DNA of 38,773 nucleotides, taken from positions 14,522,901-14,561,673 of the forward strand of contig NC_068993.1 of assembly GCF_001194135.2 (NCBI RefSeq), in the 5' to 3' direction. Below the pieces are notes generated by a model that was not told the origin of the DNA, searched no databases, and was given only the letters and a program-made list of their open reading frames with translations. This document shows, piece after piece, positions 35,601 to 38,773 of this stretch. This stretch comes from Octopus bimaculoides (Eukaryota). The first letter of the stretch is position 1; every line of letters begins with the position of its first letter. The position numbers were made by a program, and so were the translations under genes.

Positions 35601-36940
35601 TTGGTACATCTTTCTAAGAATAATGAGATATATATCTAATGGATATTGCTCGAACAATTTTAAAATCTACACTGCTGGCTAGAGATTAAGAAAAGCTTAA
35701 AATTATGCATATTTTCTTGCAAATATTTCAAATTCATACATGGTGATTAATGCTCAAGTATATAGTAAATCTACTCGGCCAATCTGTAATGAAATATTAA
35801 ACATTATGACACATTACCCATTTACAGTGCCTTTACCGCTGTAAAACTTACATACCTTCGTTGACACAGCTCTTTACTGGTTACACCCATTCGATACCTA
35901 AACACACTTTGAACATTTTTTTCCTTTTTAAATATCGAAAATATGCAACATCCTGTGACTTTTATGATATAGCTAGAATATTCAACATCGTCTTTGACGA
36001 GAACTTGAGCACTTTGACTGTTATCTTGTAAAGTTAATTTGTAAAATACAATTACAGTTTATTGCTTCAATTCCAATTCAATTTATTGAAAAATATATTG
36101 AAAATACTTCGGTTCTGTTAAATAAATTTCAAATATATTTACTTCACTTTTATGAACGTTGACATAGAGACAACTGAGTTTATGCGATGAAAGTATGAGA
36201 AAACAAAAACTTTTCAATATGAAATAACCTAATATGCGCCAAATCCATCTCGAACTTTCACACCTTTTTCCCCTCGCTCTCGCTTTCTCTTTTCTTCTCC
36301 TTCTCTTCTTCGTTCATAGTCTCTCGTTCCTTTTCCCAGACGTGTACGCTAAAACACTCACTAGAATGTTATGGAAATAAAAACTATAAGTTATTTAAGA
36401 AGACGGTAAGCACTTTTTTTCCATCCTTCCATCAGGTGGTCTTTTATATATAAGCTCATTACCATACAAAATTCCAAATAGTCTCTCTCTCTGTTTTTAA
36501 GTGAATGACTAACCAGTAAACAGTAATTTTGTGTATTTTGTTAATATTAGTTGCCTTCAGTTTGGCGTTTTGGAAAATTGAAATCAACTAACGTTAATTA
36601 CAGATGAATGAGATGCTGCGAGAACATCTCAACACGGATATGATTTGACCATGTTTAAGCACTAGAATAACAACCGAGACAAATTTATTTTATCGCGAGA
36701 CATGACGGAAGCGAGGGGAGATTTGCTGCAGAGTTTCGAGGGAAATGACACACATTTTAATTGGGACTCGTTTCAGAATTGACCCACCTACCAAAAAAAA
36801 GAAACAAAACATTGTCGCCTTTACGATCTATCCTGGTTTCAGTGTTGAGAAATTAAAGTCGATGTAACCAACAAATGTCCCCTCTTCACAGTTTCAGCCT
36901 TCGTGTCGTGGCAGTGATACTACTGAGGGCAGTGGTACTA

Positions 36941-36941
36941 C

Positions 36942-37010
<69 letters not shown>

Positions 37011-37077
37011 AACAATAATAATAATAATTCTTTCTATAAGAGTTGACGCCTTACTACTGCTACTACTACTACTACTG

Positions 37078-37153
<76 letters not shown>
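36941..37153. repeat. Compound (AAT)n-(ACT)n-(AAT)n microsatellite
   Basis: Seen directly; the last (AAT)n run abuts the tail of the SINE that follows. Confidence 0.95.
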
Positions 37154-37154
<1 letters not shown>

Positions 37155-37369
37155 CTTTTCTACTGTAGGTGCAAGGCCTGCAATTTATGGTGAGGGCGCA
37201 AGTGGATTATATCGACCCCAGTGAGTAGCTGGTATTTATTTAATCGACCCCGAAAATATGTAAGTCAAAGTCGACCTCGGTGGCATCTGAAGTCAGAATG
37301 TAGCGGCAGACGAATTCCCGCTAAGCACTTCACCCAGCATACTAACCATTCTGCCAGCTCGACGCCCTC
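37148..37369 (-). mobile_element. SINE family A
   Basis: CTTTTCTACTGTAGGTGCAAGGCC..ATCGACCCCAGT..GTCGACCTCGGTGG..CTGCCAGCTCGACGCC. Confidence 0.85.
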
Positions 37370-37390
37370 AGGAATAATATTAATAACAGT

Positions 37391-37569
37391 TAAGACGCCA
37401 GACATTCCGTCCGTCTGTACGTTCTGGGTTCAAATTCAGCCGAGGTCAACTTTGCGTTTCATCCTTCTTGTGTCGATTATATACGTACCAGTCGGCTCAG
37501 TGGGCTCAATATAATCGATGTACTTCCCTGGAATTACTGGCCTTGTGCTAATATTTGAAACCAACATTA
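37391..37569 (+). mobile_element. SINE family A, 5'-shortened copy with a TTTGAAACC tail
   Basis: CGTTCTGGGTTCAAATTCAGCCGAGGTCAACTTTGCGTTTCATCC..GTACCAGT..GGCCTTGTGCTAATATTTGAAACC. Confidence 0.8.
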
Positions 37570-38450
37570 ATAGTTATATTAACGTAATTTTATACTATAA
37601 AACAAAATACGTTTGCCCATTTTTAACTAAGCTAACAATAATGTAAATTCACTGAAGGTTTTTTTATTTTTCCAACAAAAAATGGAATAAAAAATGGAAT
37701 AAACGAAAAATATCATCGACTGCTGCAAATACAACCCAGGCTTATTAATTAACTCACATGAGCAACATCTCGATAATACGGCATGGAATTTCTCATTGAT
37801 TACATCTTATGCAAGCCCTTAATGTCACAGTAATCTAAATGAAAAACTTGACAATGCAAATACATTAAAACATCATGTAGTGGACATTCAATTTGAAAGC
37901 AACATGCACCACGTAAGACATATAATGAGTCTTAGTTGCACAAAGCTCTTTCAGAACCTAACTAATAAGTTTGTATTATTCCAGTACGGCGTATGACGTT
38001 TATTACATATAATCCTTGGTTTGCCATCATTGTTACTTCATTCACATACTCATCTCTGTCAGCACTTTATTGCCACAACGGATGGTTCACTTATAAGGAA
38101 ACAAGAATCGAAGTTAGGGATTTGTTAGCATATTCTCTTTTTTACACGAAGTATAGTTATTTTGTATATATATTTATTTATTTATCTATAAATTTATTTT
38201 TGGTCACAAATAATTTTTGAACATGTCATAGTACGTTATTCAAGAAAAAGGGCAGTTAATGCTAATCTGTGAAATATTAATCCTGTCAGATTAAGAGTCC
38301 GAATAACACTTCTTCCGCATTAGATCCAGGTTTATGATTGTGAAACACGGTGACAACTTGCCAATGATGGCTTTTTCTGAAATAGAAAACTAAATTATAC
38401 ACAATATAATCGCAATGACATAACGAAGAAAAGAACAGGAAAAGAAGGAA

Positions 38451-38488
38451 ACAACAACAATAATGATAATAATAATAATAATAATAAC

Positions 38489-38544
<56 letters not shown>
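38451..38544. repeat. (AAC)/(AAT)n microsatellite
   Basis: Seen directly. Confidence 0.95.
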
Positions 38545-38545
<1 letters not shown>

Positions 38546-38773
38546 GATAACCAAAATCGAGAGAAAGAAAGAGAAGGAAAGTGGGGGAAAAAATCGAAGA
38601 ATAACACAACAGCCGCTGCAAAACGACCACCAACAAATTATATTAATAATAATGATGTCATCAATAACAAAGAGAAAAATAAGGATAACAACATCATTAT
38701 TAAGGACACTCCAGTAATAACATTAATAATAACCATACTACTACCACTACTACTTCAAACAATAACAATAACA

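Noticed and set aside
36604-36650. Acceptor followed by MNEMLREHLNTDMI*
   Set aside because: All three frames hit stops quickly and there is no good donor.
38059-38112. LYCHNGWFTYKET, resembling the start of a C-type lectin domain
   Set aside because: The expected CY does not follow, the donor is weak and no downstream lectin exons are visible.
38286-38385. Minus-strand acceptor (TTTTCTATTTCAG) with a short open frame, KSHHWQVVTVFHNHKPGSNAEEVLFGLLI*
   Set aside because: No credible donor and no recognisable homology; a terminal exon cannot be excluded but is unsupported.

Overview
AT-rich, microsatellite-dense eukaryotic DNA with nine N gaps, most likely an intronic or intergenic stretch of an Octopus (coleoid cephalopod) short-read scaffold. 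That assignment is inferred from the tRNA-derived SINE families, which I recognise from memory and did not search against a database. I can support no intact protein-coding gene; almost all ORFs in the supplied track are translations of simple repeats or N runs. The window contains about 12 copies of one tRNA-headed SINE family (A), four large copies plus tail fragments of a second, CORE-like SINE with an internal microsatellite (B), and one copy of a third (C). It also holds a 5'-truncated tRNA-Glu(TTC), a Tc1-type relic, a clear DD37D (maT) mariner relic, a probable second older one, and degenerate LINE pieces. The most unusual item is a decayed 69-bp (23-codon) coding-type tandem array at 24103-24477 (- strand) behind a basic N-terminus, resembling the STPR-like repeats at the start of Helitron ORFs. 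Several inverted SINE and microsatellite pairs could form dsRNA, which is relevant to cephalopod A-to-I editing. I found no convincing novel multi-gene system.
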